Shown here one piece after another: positions 1 to 11,078 of a stretch of DNA of 64,000 nucleotides. The position numbers and the translations under genes are program-made. The notes beneath the pieces were generated by a model, which made no database searches, was not told the origin of the DNA, and saw only the letters and a program-made list of their open reading frames with translations. The stretch's first letter is position 1; each line of letters begins with the position of its first letter. Source of the stretch: Octopus sinensis (lineage: Eukaryota); NCBI RefSeq assembly GCF_006345805.1, contig NC_043005.1:8370001-8434000 (forward strand), in the 5' to 3' direction.

Positions 1-260
1 ATACTTTAATTATTTAAATTATTATTTTTATATTTTAAAATATTGATATTTTAGATTGGAAATCCACCTGAAGATTGTCGATCAAGACAAGAAACAATTG
101 TAGTGGCGGTTTTTGACTTTTTATTAAAATTATGTATTGATTAAGTCTTTCCTTGTTTGTTTTGCAAAATAGTGGTTTTGTCTCTAATAATATTATATAA
201 TATTTTACTATAAAATTGGATTTAATCCTAAATCTGATTTTTTCCCAGAAATTTGGATTT
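1..260 (+). mobile_element. Penelope-like element pseudo-LTR fragment (runs off window start)
   Basis: T-rich segment carrying a hammerhead motif at 64-106. Hammerheads in pLTRs are established for Penelope-like elements. No coding part is visible. Confidence 0.5.
64..106 (+). ncRNA. Type I hammerhead ribozyme (minimal, palindromic helix III)
   Basis: CCAC(64-67) CTGAAGA TTGTC-gatcaa-GACAA GAAA CAATTG TA GTGG(103-106). Core is intact, helices I and II pair perfectly, and the predicted cleavage is after GUA at 102. Confidence 0.75.
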
Positions 261-274
261 ATTCCCTAATATTT

Positions 275-335
<61 letters not shown>

Positions 336-336
<1 letters not shown>

Positions 337-448
337 GGCCTGCTCGCTTAGCTAGCGGGGTGGCGTCATTTGAAGGCTAAAACAATGCGAAGTGCATTGT
401 CATCAGCGATGTGTAGCAACATCTGATAGCCTGGTCGATCACGGTGAT
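336..448 (+). mobile_element. SINE family A, tail type A2, 3' fragment
   Basis: Matches the 3' part of the copies at 41728-42007 and 43307-43610 (ggggtggcgtcatttgaaggctaaaacaatgcgaag...). Confidence 0.85.
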
Positions 449-473
449 ATATACATATATATATATATAGTTA

Positions 474-680
474 ATCCAAGCATGAGCAAATAGAAAACAT
501 AACAACGCGAGGACGTGGAACAAGTATAGTGTTATTGGACGCTCAGGAATAGAAAGAAAGCAGGAGCATTTAACGTTTCGAGCGGTGCTCTTCGTAAGAA
601 ACACAGAAGAAGGAAAGGTCCAAGGAAGGGAAGATGGAGAAAGAAAGTCGCCAATGATACACACGCGGTCACATATTGAA
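474..680 (-). mobile_element. Penelope-like pLTR fragment with degenerate hammerhead (568-602)
   Basis: Reverse complement is homologous to 47030-47235 and 63410-63510 (tcctgagcgtccaataacactatacttgttccacgtcctcgcgttgtt). Confidence 0.55.
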
Positions 681-854
681 TGATCGGAAGGGAATGGGAG
701 AAGAAAAAGTTTTGTCAAAGACAGGAGAGTGCAAGAGAAGGAAGTATGTGTGTGTATGTGTGGGTATGTGCATGCATGCAAGTCTGTGTGTGTGTGTGTG
801 TGGCTGTTTATCTATATACATATATATATATATATCTATATATATAGTATATAT

Positions 855-895
<41 letters not shown>

Positions 896-897
<2 letters not shown>

Positions 898-1300
898 CTA
901 GCAGTATCGCCCAGCGTTGCTCGGGTTTGTAAGGGAAATAACTATATAAACATTTTTAGAGAGTTATAGCCAAAAAATAGCAAAACAATATGCATTAAAA
1001 ATGGAAAAAAATGATGGTAATTTTTTTTTAAAAATCGTCGACTCATCGTAGACATTTTTAGAGAGTTACTTCCCTTATATAATAGCGAAAAAAATGCATT
1101 AAGATGGAAAAAACTGATGGTAAATTATTTTTAAAGTCGTAGACTCATCGTAGACGCGCGCTAATACCCAGAACGCCTCGACATGAATCACGACTATAAG
1201 ATACCCGCTTTTTGGTTACACTGCATCGCAAAATGTGGGAGTAGTTAGGAATCTAAATCGTAGGAGACAGACACACAACTTCTCTTTTATATATAAAGAT
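896..1300 (+). mobile_element. Non-autonomous Helentron/Helitron-like (DINE-like) element
   Basis: Starts TACTAGCAGTATCGCCCAGCGTTGCTCGGG (hairpin) and ends caacttctcttttatatataaagat. Termini are shared with 10082-10170 and 50033-50425. Contains an internal ~100-bp tandem duplication (950-1155). Confidence 0.65.
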
Positions 1301-1315
1301 ATACATGGGTGTATG

Positions 1316-1346
<31 letters not shown>

Positions 1347-1866
1347 CTATGTTTGTCTGAATATATGCATTTACGTACATTAGTGTGGACAGTGACAAAT
1401 TTACGATTTTCCGTCTTGCAGTATTATGTTATTCTTTCGCTTCGCTTTTTCTTCTTCCTGTTTCTTCACTAACGTGACTAGCCATAGCACGTGACTTTTC
1501 TTTCAAAATCGCTATCCAACTCAGCATTTACATTCTGTCATTTAAAACTTTCTTTACTTCGAGTTCAATCGTTAAAAGCAAATTATATCTCGGCCTCGCC
1601 GATTTTCAATTTGTTACGACATAAACAACTGTCGCCATGAACAAATTCTCTAACATACATTTGGAGATGTTCTGCACATTGGTAGACTGTCTGTCATATT
1701 TATAGAAGTTGTGCGTTCGAGTCCCATGAGTAACCTTCGACAGTTGTTTTTATTATTCAAGGAACTTTTTACCACTTTCATTTATTAACTTCATCTATTT
1801 CGTATTCAACTATTAAAACCAAATTATTACTCGTTCTCTCGAAGTCTTTACATCTTATAGCGTAAG

Positions 1867-1916
<50 letters not shown>

Positions 1917-2389
1917 CACATATATGTATATATATATGTATGTATATATAGTATATTCATTTATTTATTACAGGGAAAAAAGAAACAAATAGTGATAAAA
2001 CAGAGAGGGAATTATTAGAAAATGCATATGCATTACTGAACATATAAATCCATATAGAAGAAAGTGTGTCTAAATATCATTATATATTCACAGTCGCACA
2101 TATCCATACTCACTGAGTTACATATATACATATATATACAGACAATTACTGGAGATTAATATTGGAAAATATTAAGTACAAAAAGTTCAACAAGTGGAAT
2201 GGTTATTGTATACCACGAGGAAGAATGGTAGAATTACGATCTGGGCGGAGCTACCATGCCCAAAATGGCTGACTTCTTCGCATCCCTACGGCAAACTAAC
2301 ATTTTCCACTTAGTCAACTTTTTGGCCATCTATACACACGAGTGCGCACATGCGTCTACAAATATGCACACAGACACACAAACAATATA

Positions 2390-3600
<1,211 letters not shown>

Positions 3601-4655
3601 TGCATACGCATACATATTGCATAACAATATTTGTTGATAGCAATAGCCGGTTTATTTTATTATGCATTATATATAACAAGATGTCGATAATTCATTCTAA
3701 TGAACGGCCTTCGTTATTTTTTTTTTTGATAACATTATCCGTGATCGTAATATATAATTTTCTCTCCAAATATACGTTTTGAGATGCAAATTCTCAAATC
3801 CCGCCAGCCATTCCAACGATCTCAATGCACAAGTATCGTAACACTCCCAGAACCAGTTCGTTTCTGCTACCACCACTATCTCAGCTTCCATCCTCTAACA
3901 TCACCGTACATGTGTCTCCGTAGCTTGCAGGCTTTTATTTTAAACTTAACTTCGTCTTTCTTCATAGGCAATACATTTACAAAATGTCTGTACAGTGATG
4001 TACTAGAAAGTTTCCATAATAATATTCGGGGCATTACTCTGCTAAACGGCAAATCTATATATATAAAACTCAACTTGTGTGTCAGTGTGTGTATTTGTGT
4101 GTATGTGTGTCTGTGTGTTTAACTTCCCGGCACACTCCTCCTAGCCAGCAAATCGTAGAACCACCAAAAATGGGTCACTTAAATTTTAGGCGAATGAAAA
4201 TTGAACTACGTTATTTCTGTTCCGAAAAGTGCAAAAATCGATAATGTGTTTGTTTAGGCCTTATCCCATGCATTGAATAGTGAACTTTACTCAGTCAGCT
4301 GTTTCACGTGAACTGTGTTCATCACGCGTGCAAGCATGTGTAAATTGCATGAAAAATAAAAAATAAAAATATAAAAACGAATCGCCGCAAACATTGTAGA
4401 AATTCGGCAAATAATTTTTGAAGGAGTCGGTTGTGTTTTTTCACGTGAGCCAAAATATTGTTAAAATTGTGTTGAAATTGTTTGTTTAAAAATTGTTTGT
4501 TAAATTGTTATACTGAACTTTAACTGGTTTTTGAACCAGGAAAACTTTGTTATTCCCCTCCTTTAAGGAGGGGAAATAGTGTGAAATATATTGTGTGTTT
4601 TGACACAATCTAACAAAAAAAAAAAAATCCATTTGTGTGAAAATGGAAAAAACAG

Positions 4656-5846
4656 TTGAACATTTTGCCAATGAAGGTTTACCTTCAAAAAAAAGAAAAT
4701 ATTGTAGGTTCACCTACAAAGGAAAAAAATATTGTAGGTTCACCTACAAAGGAAAAAAATATTGTAGGTTCACCTACACAGGAAAAAAATATGATGAAAG
4801 CAGAAAATTCGGAAACAAGTGTACCAGCAGTTGAAAACGTGAAAAAAACGGTTAACTTCGCAGCCGCAGCCGGCAGAAAAACCGAACATATTTTACCAGA
4901 GGACATTGATTACGACAAATACAAGGACAGGTACAAAAGGGAGGGGAACAACATAAAAGCCACCCTCCCACAAGAAATAAAAACCAGCACCATGAAGAAA
5001 ACGGTAATTTTTAAATCTTTTGTAATTAAGGAAAGAAAAATAGAAAAAATAACAAAGGAGCAGGCCGAAAAGTGTCTCAAACCAATATGGACAGACATTG
5101 ATTTCGTTACATGGGGTAAGAAGTATGCAACCATAATGGTTTACTTTAAAGAGGAGGAACAGGCGAGGAAACACTCGATCAACCCTCTAAAATCAACAGA
5201 TATAATTCTTCTCCCCTCGTATATGGGAAGAAGAACAATAAAAATCAAAATAGACGACATACTACCAGAAATTGAGGTAGAAAGCCTCATTCCAGCCCTA
5301 TTTATGGGACTGAAAGAAAAAATCAACATTATAGACATCGTCAGAACCCAGAAGGAGAATTGGAAGGGACAAGCACTACAAATAATAGTGCAAGCGGCGC
5401 CGGAAACGTTAGAGGAGGTGCCTGAATTCATTAATTTCGACGACGAAATAAACTTGCGGGTGGTGGTCGAAGGGCGTAAGCCCAGATGCTACGGGTGTGG
5501 AGAAAAGGGCCACATCCGAGCAGAATGCCCCACCCGCAAGAAAGAAGAAGTAGAAGCAAGGAAAAAAGCTGAAGAAGAGGAGGGGAGGAAGAAAACGACG
5601 GAAACAGAAGAAGGAAAGAAACAAGAGGGGGATGACGATTTCGTGATACCCAGAAAAATGAAAAAAAGAAAAAATACGGACGTAAATATACCCAACCATA
5701 ATACAAAAAAGAGTAACACCCAGGGGGGGAAACCCACCCCACCCAAACACGGTTCTCCACAAAAGGAAAAAATGATAAGACCCCCCCAGACCAACACGAA
5801 TCACCCCCACCCCACAGTACCATACATTACCCTCCCCTCCAAATGA
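4656..5846 (+). CDS. Tx1-like ORF1 protein (gag-like, CX2CX4HX4C zinc knuckle)
   Basis: CYGCGEKGHIRAEC at 5487-5528, followed by a Lys/Glu-rich tail. First in-frame ATG is 4791. The true start may be ATG 4643 if the A8 run at 4687-4694 carries one extra A. Confidence 0.85.
   Translation: MNILPMKVYLQKKENIVGSPTKEKNIVGSPTKEKNIVGSPTQEKNMMKAENSETSVPAVENVKKTVNFAAAAGRKTEHILPEDIDYDKYKDRYKREGNNIKATLPQEIKTSTMKKTVIFKSFVIKERKIEKITKEQAEKCLKPIWTDIDFVTWGKKYATIMVYFKEEEQARKHSINPLKSTDIILLPSYMGRRTIKIKIDDILPEIEVESLIPALFMGLKEKINIIDIVRTQKENWKGQALQIIVQAAPETLEEVPEFINFDDEINLRVVVEGRKPRCYGCGEKGHIRAECPTRKKEEVEARKKAEEEEGRKKTTETEEGKKQEGDDDFVIPRKMKKRKNTDVNIPNHNTKKSNTQGGKPTPPKHGSPQKEKMIRPPQTNTNHPHPTVPYITLPSK
4691..4792 (+). 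repeat. 3.4 x 30-bp tandem repeat at ORF1 5' end (KEKNIVGSPT)
   Basis: Unit ggaaaaaaatattgtaggttcacctacaaa. Each unit contains the hairpin TGTAGG-TTCA-CCTACA. Confidence 0.9.
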
Positions 5847-6193
5847 CCTCCCCGTGCTCCTCCCCTACATACTCCCCAAACTCCTCCTCCCCCTTCTCCC
5901 CATCACCCCCACAAAGCCCCCAAAAGAAAATCACGGAGTTCCAAGTAGTTTATGCAGCCATCAACAAAGACAACGACAGTTTAAGCAGCGGAATGGGAAA
6001 CATCCCAACCGCTGAGAAAATACAAACGCACAGAAAATTAAAAAAAAATGTAGAAATATACAAAATGGATTTGCTAAACTTTAATATTTTAAATGCGCAG
6101 TATTCAGGGGACATAAGGGGTCCGCGGCTCGATGTACACGAGTCACTTATTAAAGCGGACTTCACCCCCCGACCAACAGGGACACCGACATAA
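5843..6193 (+). CDS. 116-aa Pro/Ser-rich ORF between ORF1 and ORF2 (ORF1 C-terminus after a frameshift, or a separate small ORF)
   Basis: ATG overlaps the ORF1 stop (ATGA at 5843-5846). The frame is open from 5717 and spans a G7 run (5723-5729) and a C7 run (5781-5787). Confidence 0.55.
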   Translation: MTSPCSSPTYSPNSSSPFSPSPPQSPQKKITEFQVVYAAINKDNDSLSSGMGNIPTAEKIQTHRKLKKNVEIYKMDLLNFNILNAQYSGDIRGPRLDVHESLIKADFTPRPTGTPT

Positions 6194-6203
6194 AGGTAAG
6201 TAA

Positions 6204-9200
6204 ATGTCTCGTATTTGTGTAGGATGCGTAAATGTGCGTGGCCTGATGGCGAGCCGGAAGCAAGGGCGCTTCCTAAATGACATCAGGTCACGGGATGTTG
6301 TTGTTGCCACAGAAACCCGGTTAAAAGGGCCAAGAGATCTGCTCCCGCTGTTCGACGGTTACGAGAGAATTATCTCTCCAAACCCGTCGGTCGGCGGAAG
6401 TGGGGTGTTGGTCCTGGTGAAAAGGAACCGGGTTTCTGGGAAAAAGTTGATTTTTGCAGATCCAGAAGGTAGGCTGGTCGTCGTTGATTTGACGTTCAGC
6501 AGTCGTAAGACAATCAGACTGGTTGCGGTTTACGCCCCCAATAATAAGGGGAATAGTGAGTATTTTCGGAACCTGGAGAAGTTTCTCAGTACATCGTGCC
6601 CTTTAGTAATGTTAGGAGACTACAACACAATCTGCAATGTGCGGGTAGACTGTGTAGGCTCGCAAACAGACAGGAAAGGAAATGCCTGCTTCCTGGATCT
6701 ACTAAGACGTTTTGAGCTGGTAGATCCATATAGACTGGAACATCCGGACGCTCCATTGTGGACATGGACAAACAGCGACGGATCGTCAAGGTCATACATA
6801 GATAGGATTTTAATTAGGAAGGTAGATAGAAACCTAGTTAAGAGTCCACAGCTCCACATAGTCAGCTACAGTGACCACAAGATGGTCACCTGTAAGCTAG
6901 ACGTAGATAAGATAAATAGAGGTCCTGGTTACTGGAAACTTAATACGTCCCTTTTGGCGATTAAGGAGTACAGTGACAGGATTAGGTTGATGATCCAGAG
7001 GGCCATGACCGGCTCCATTATCAATAACAAATGGTGGTATGCCCTCAAGCGAGCCATAAGATATGAGTCTATTAGATATAGTATAGATCTCGTAGCTAGA
7101 GAGGCTAGAAAAGAAACTACTCTAGTTAAGGACCTAGAGGAAGCAATGCGAACTGGCAACGCGGCTCAAGTGAGGGCCAAGAGACTGATTTTAAACCAGC
7201 ACCTCGAAGCCAAACACATGGGTTGCATTGTCAGAGCTAGACAACGTACAATGGGGAGCGAAGGAATTAATGCCGCGAGATGGGCCCGAGTGGTGGAAGC
7301 CCAACGTGGCAACGATGCCACAATTCGATCTCTGACGAACCAACAAGGTAAGTTGACAGACGAGCCCGAGGAGATGTGTCAAGCTTTTCAGACCACTTCG
7401 CCCAGCTCTTTGGGGGTGGCGGCGGGCCGGATGAGAGGAGGGACCTTACGGACCTCCTTGACGGACTGCCGCGGCTCTCGGGGCGGGACGCGGAGTGTAG
7501 TGAGAAGCCGATCACGCCTGAGGAGGTAATAGAGGCCATGGCAGACTGCGGTGCGGGTAAGGCGCCGGGGCTGGATGGTCTGCCCTACGAGCTTTATAAA
7601 AGTATGTCGGACTTGTTCGGGGACTTACTGGCGGACGTCTACGCGAATTGGCAGCAGAATGGGTTCATACCCAGATCTGTGCGCCGGGGAGTGGTGACAC
7701 TAGTCAGGAAGGACCAGAGCAAGGGGGACGTCATTGATAATTTCAGGCCCATCACTCTGCTTAACGCAGAGTTGAAGATTTTGGCCAAAGTGTTATCGAA
7801 CAGATTGGCGCATGTCGCGAATGGACTGATCGGGAAAGCGCAAACGTGCGCCGTACCGGGCAGAACCATTCAGGATAATCTCCATCTAATTAGATACACG
7901 ATAGAGGGAATGGATAACGATCCCGGCAAGGGAGGGGCAGTGGTCCATTTAGACCAGTCAAAAGCTTTCGATAGGGTCGACCATCGTTACCTGGTGTCCG
8001 TCCTGGCTCAGTTCGGCCTGGGTCTTGGCTTCCTCAGGTGGATCATACAATTGTATGACAACGTCGACTCGGTAGTTCGGGTGAACGGCTTTATTTCTAA
8101 GCCGTTCAAGGTCAAACGCTCGGTCCGTCAGGGATGTCCGCTCTCCCCGCTTTTGTATGTAGTGGCTCTCGAGCCGCTGCTGCGAAAACTGAGTGGCATC
8201 CCGAGGCAGCCAGGTCGTGGAATGTCGGTTTCGGCGTACGCGGATGACATCACTATCATCGTGACCGAAATGGACCTCCTACGTAAAGTAGGCAAGGCCA
8301 TAGAGGTTTACGAGACGGTGACAGGAGCAAGGGTTAATCGTGAAAAGTCAGTCGGCTTGCAACTCGGCACCTGGAGAGGCAAGTCGATGCCTCCAGACAG
8401 CGTCGTGGGACGTTGGACGGAGGGCCCGATTAAGTTGCTCGGGGTCTGGTTTGGACCAGGCCTCCAAATAGAGAAGAACTGGAGCGAGGTATCGAGCAGG
8501 GTGACCGCAGTAGTCAAGACCTGGTCTTGGCGGTGGTTATCTCTGAAAGGTAGGGCGGAGGTAGCCAATGTGTTTATCGCATCGGTGATCACCTACCGCC
8601 TTGCCGTCGTGCCTTGCCCGGATTCGTGGTTGAACAAGTTGGAGAGACAGCTCTTTCACTTTTTGTGGAAGGGCTCGAAACCACTTGTGAAACGCTCTAT
8701 TTGTTGTCAAAAACCGTTACAGGGTGGACTAGGGATGCCGTGGCTAATGATGCGCAGAAATGCGCTGAGGCTAAGGCACCTGTGGCTCCATCTGGATGGT
8801 GAACGGGTGTGGTCTCCGCTGGCGAAGCAGATGTTTCCCAGGTTCACCAGTTTCGGTGGACGGGAAGACTGGTATAATCGTAGATCGAAGTTGGGTACAT
8901 GGTACACGGAGTGCCGCAAGGCACTCCGACTATTCCGACGCTCGGGCAATGCCTGCGGCAGTGGTTCTACCGCTGTGTTTTATAGAGGCTTTGTAGAGGC
9001 CGGTAACGATGATACGCTAGGGGAAACCCTAGGTTTCGACGATAATCAGCTGGCCAGTCTGTTCCAACGTACATTCGGGCCGAAGGCACTGGATAATTTC
9101 CAGAAGTCTTTGGCTTGGCAGTGTTACCGAGGAGCCTTACCTGTTCGGGATAAACTCGCAAGGCATGGTGCCCCAGTCAGCCCGACCTGCGCGAGATGTG

Positions 9201-9589
9201 GGCGAGACAGGGAAACCGTCTCGCACGCGATCGTGCGGTGCCCGGAGGTGACAGACATGTGGGTTTATGCCGAACAACTGATGTCAAGTGGAGGAAGAGT
9301 ACAGCTATCAGCCGAATCCATTGTGAAAATCAGCCCACCTGATTTCTTAACGAAAGAAGGTAAGAATTGTTTTCTCTCTGTGGTTTCAATTGCGAAACAG
9401 GCAGTATGGAAGACGCGGGTGAAAGGGATGCTAACAGGCGACTTCATCTCCGGTTCTAGTCTGGTGGAATACTTCAAATTCCACCTGAAAAGACAAATAG
9501 AACTGGAGAGGAGGAGCCTGAGTAAGAAAGTGTTCGATGAAAGGTGGAAGAATGTGGCGAATAAAAGGTCCCTCACAAATGCGAGATAG
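6204..9589 (+). CDS. Tx1-like ORF2: APE endonuclease, reverse transcriptase and C-terminal zinc motif, one 1-bp frameshift at ~7391
   Basis: APE motifs NVRGL, TETRL, VYAPN, LGDYN, YIDRIL, SDHKMV, GYWKLN. RT motifs PGLDG, NFRPITLLN, DQSKAFDRVDH, RQGCPLSP, YADD, LLGVWF. C-terminal CARC..SHAIVRC. CAG-ACC at 7389-7394 restores to CAG-GAC-CAC (QDHF) with one extra G. Confidence 0.93.
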
Positions 9590-10081
9590 ACCTGGAAAAA
9601 AAAAAAAGTAAACACAAGTCTAAGTGTCGTGGCGGGGAGCGTGGGGTCCGCGGACCCGCCCCACTGCATTCTGTCAATTTGTAAATGTGTCTTTGTAATT
9701 GTAATTGTAATTTCATTCGATTTTATTGTTCAGTTAAATTTTTAAATTGATCCCACAAAGCATCTTATTGTATCATCATTCGTGATTGTTATGTTCTTGT
9801 CTATGTAGCCCCTAGTGGGTAATAAAGAATTTGAAATTCGGCAAAGAAATGAATTTTCGGGATGTAGCCTGGAAGGTTTTTTTCGTATGAATCGTTTGGA
9901 CTTTGTGAATACATACCAATTGTTTTCATAACATTTTTAACGCTTTGAATTAAATGTGACCATTTTGCGTTGAGTCTGCAGTTTGAATCACTTTAACCAA
10001 ATTTTAGCAGGCCGGATTTTTGATCATCACGATACATCGCCAGCTACTCCCTGAAATCTCCCCTGAAATCCCCGTTGAGAA

Positions 10082-10170
10082 ATCTATTATATATATAATA
10101 ATACTTTGAATGCGACTCCTGAGAAAGAGTAAAAGTAATTATCTGATGAACGACGGGTATTACTGCTAGT
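10082..10170 (-). mobile_element. Minimal (89-bp) Helentron-like derivative
   Basis: Reverse complement is ACTAGCAGTAATACCCGTCGTT...TATATATAATAGAT, with the same termini as 896-1300. Confidence 0.5.
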
Positions 10171-10453
10171 CTTTAATAAACTTTTTAATTAATGTCCGTC
10201 AGAAACTAATTTTTGATATTGGCAGACACATTTATCCGCGTTACCAAAGTACCTGTCATTTGTCTGTGTATCTATTACTATTAATTATAAATAAATATAT
10301 ACTCGTATATTTTGTTGTGTTTATGTTGAATCATTACGCGAGTGATAATAACACACGCACGGGTTCAATTCCACTGCCTTATTGTTAGTCAATTGGTTAA
10401 ATATCTAATCAACTAAATAATCGATCACTGGTTTAAAAAATGAATCGGTTATT

Positions 10454-10881
10454 ACTCTTTACTCTTTCTCTTTTACTCTTTTACTTGTTTCGGTCATTTG
10501 ACTGCGGCCATGCTGGAGCACCGCCTTTAGTCGAGCAAATCTACCCCAATACTTATTCTTTGTAAGCATAGTGCTTATTCTATTAGTCTTCTTTTGCCGT
10601 ACCGCTAAGTTACGCGGACGTAAACACACCGGCGTCTGTTGTCAAGCGATGTGGGCGGGGGGGGGGGGCAAATATAGACACACAAACATATACACACACA
10701 TACATATATATACATATATACGACGGGCTTCTTTCAGTTTCCGTCTACCAAATCCATTCACATGGCTTTGGTCGGCCCGAGACTATAGTAGAAGACACTT
10801 GCCTAAGGTGCCACGCAGTTAGACTGAACCCAGAACCATGTGGTTGGCAAGCAAGCTACCTACCACACAGCCACGCCTGCG
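10454..10881 (-). mobile_element. SINE family B (~420 bp, tRNA-like head, internal microsatellite, (aaagagt)n tail)
   Basis: Full-length homology to many other copies in the window. Confidence 0.9.
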
Positions 10882-11078
10882 ACCAAGAGATTTTGTTTGT
10901 TAAAGTTCTGTCGTTGGAACCTTTTCAGCAATTCGTTGACTTCTGTTCTCATTCCAAGATCTACTTTGCATCTGTTAACACATTAAGTGACCGATGGATT
11001 TGTTGGATAGACATTTAACCAATTGACTAATAATAAAAAAAACTTGAATTGCACCTGGACGTGTGACATTACTGGCGT

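Larger units (their letters stand above)
4412..9832 (+). mobile_element. Full-length L1-clade Tx1-like non-LTR retrotransposon
   Basis: Bounded by a 13-bp direct repeat GAAATTCGGCAAA (4399-4411 and 9833-9845). Contains 5'UTR, CCHC ORF1, APE-RT-Zn ORF2, and a 3'UTR ending AATAAAGAATTT. Confidence 0.93.

Noticed and set aside
1690-1740. tRNA-like B box (GTTCGAGTCC)
   Set aside because: No cloverleaf can be formed; at most a decayed SINE head.
2142-2272. Possible terminal exon NYWRLILENIKYKKFNKWNGYCIPRGRMVELRSGRSYHAQNG*
   Set aside because: The acceptor has no pyrimidine tract, no family is recognised and no partner exons were found. A tBLASTn hit would revive it.
4691-4792. CRISPR-like appearance of 30-bp palindromic repeats
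   Set aside because: Units are contiguous with no unique spacers, lie inside a retrotransposon ORF, and the DNA is eukaryotic.
6586-9161. Antisense and alternate-frame ORFs inside LINE ORF2
   Set aside because: Shadow ORFs of a GC-rich coding region with no independent signal.
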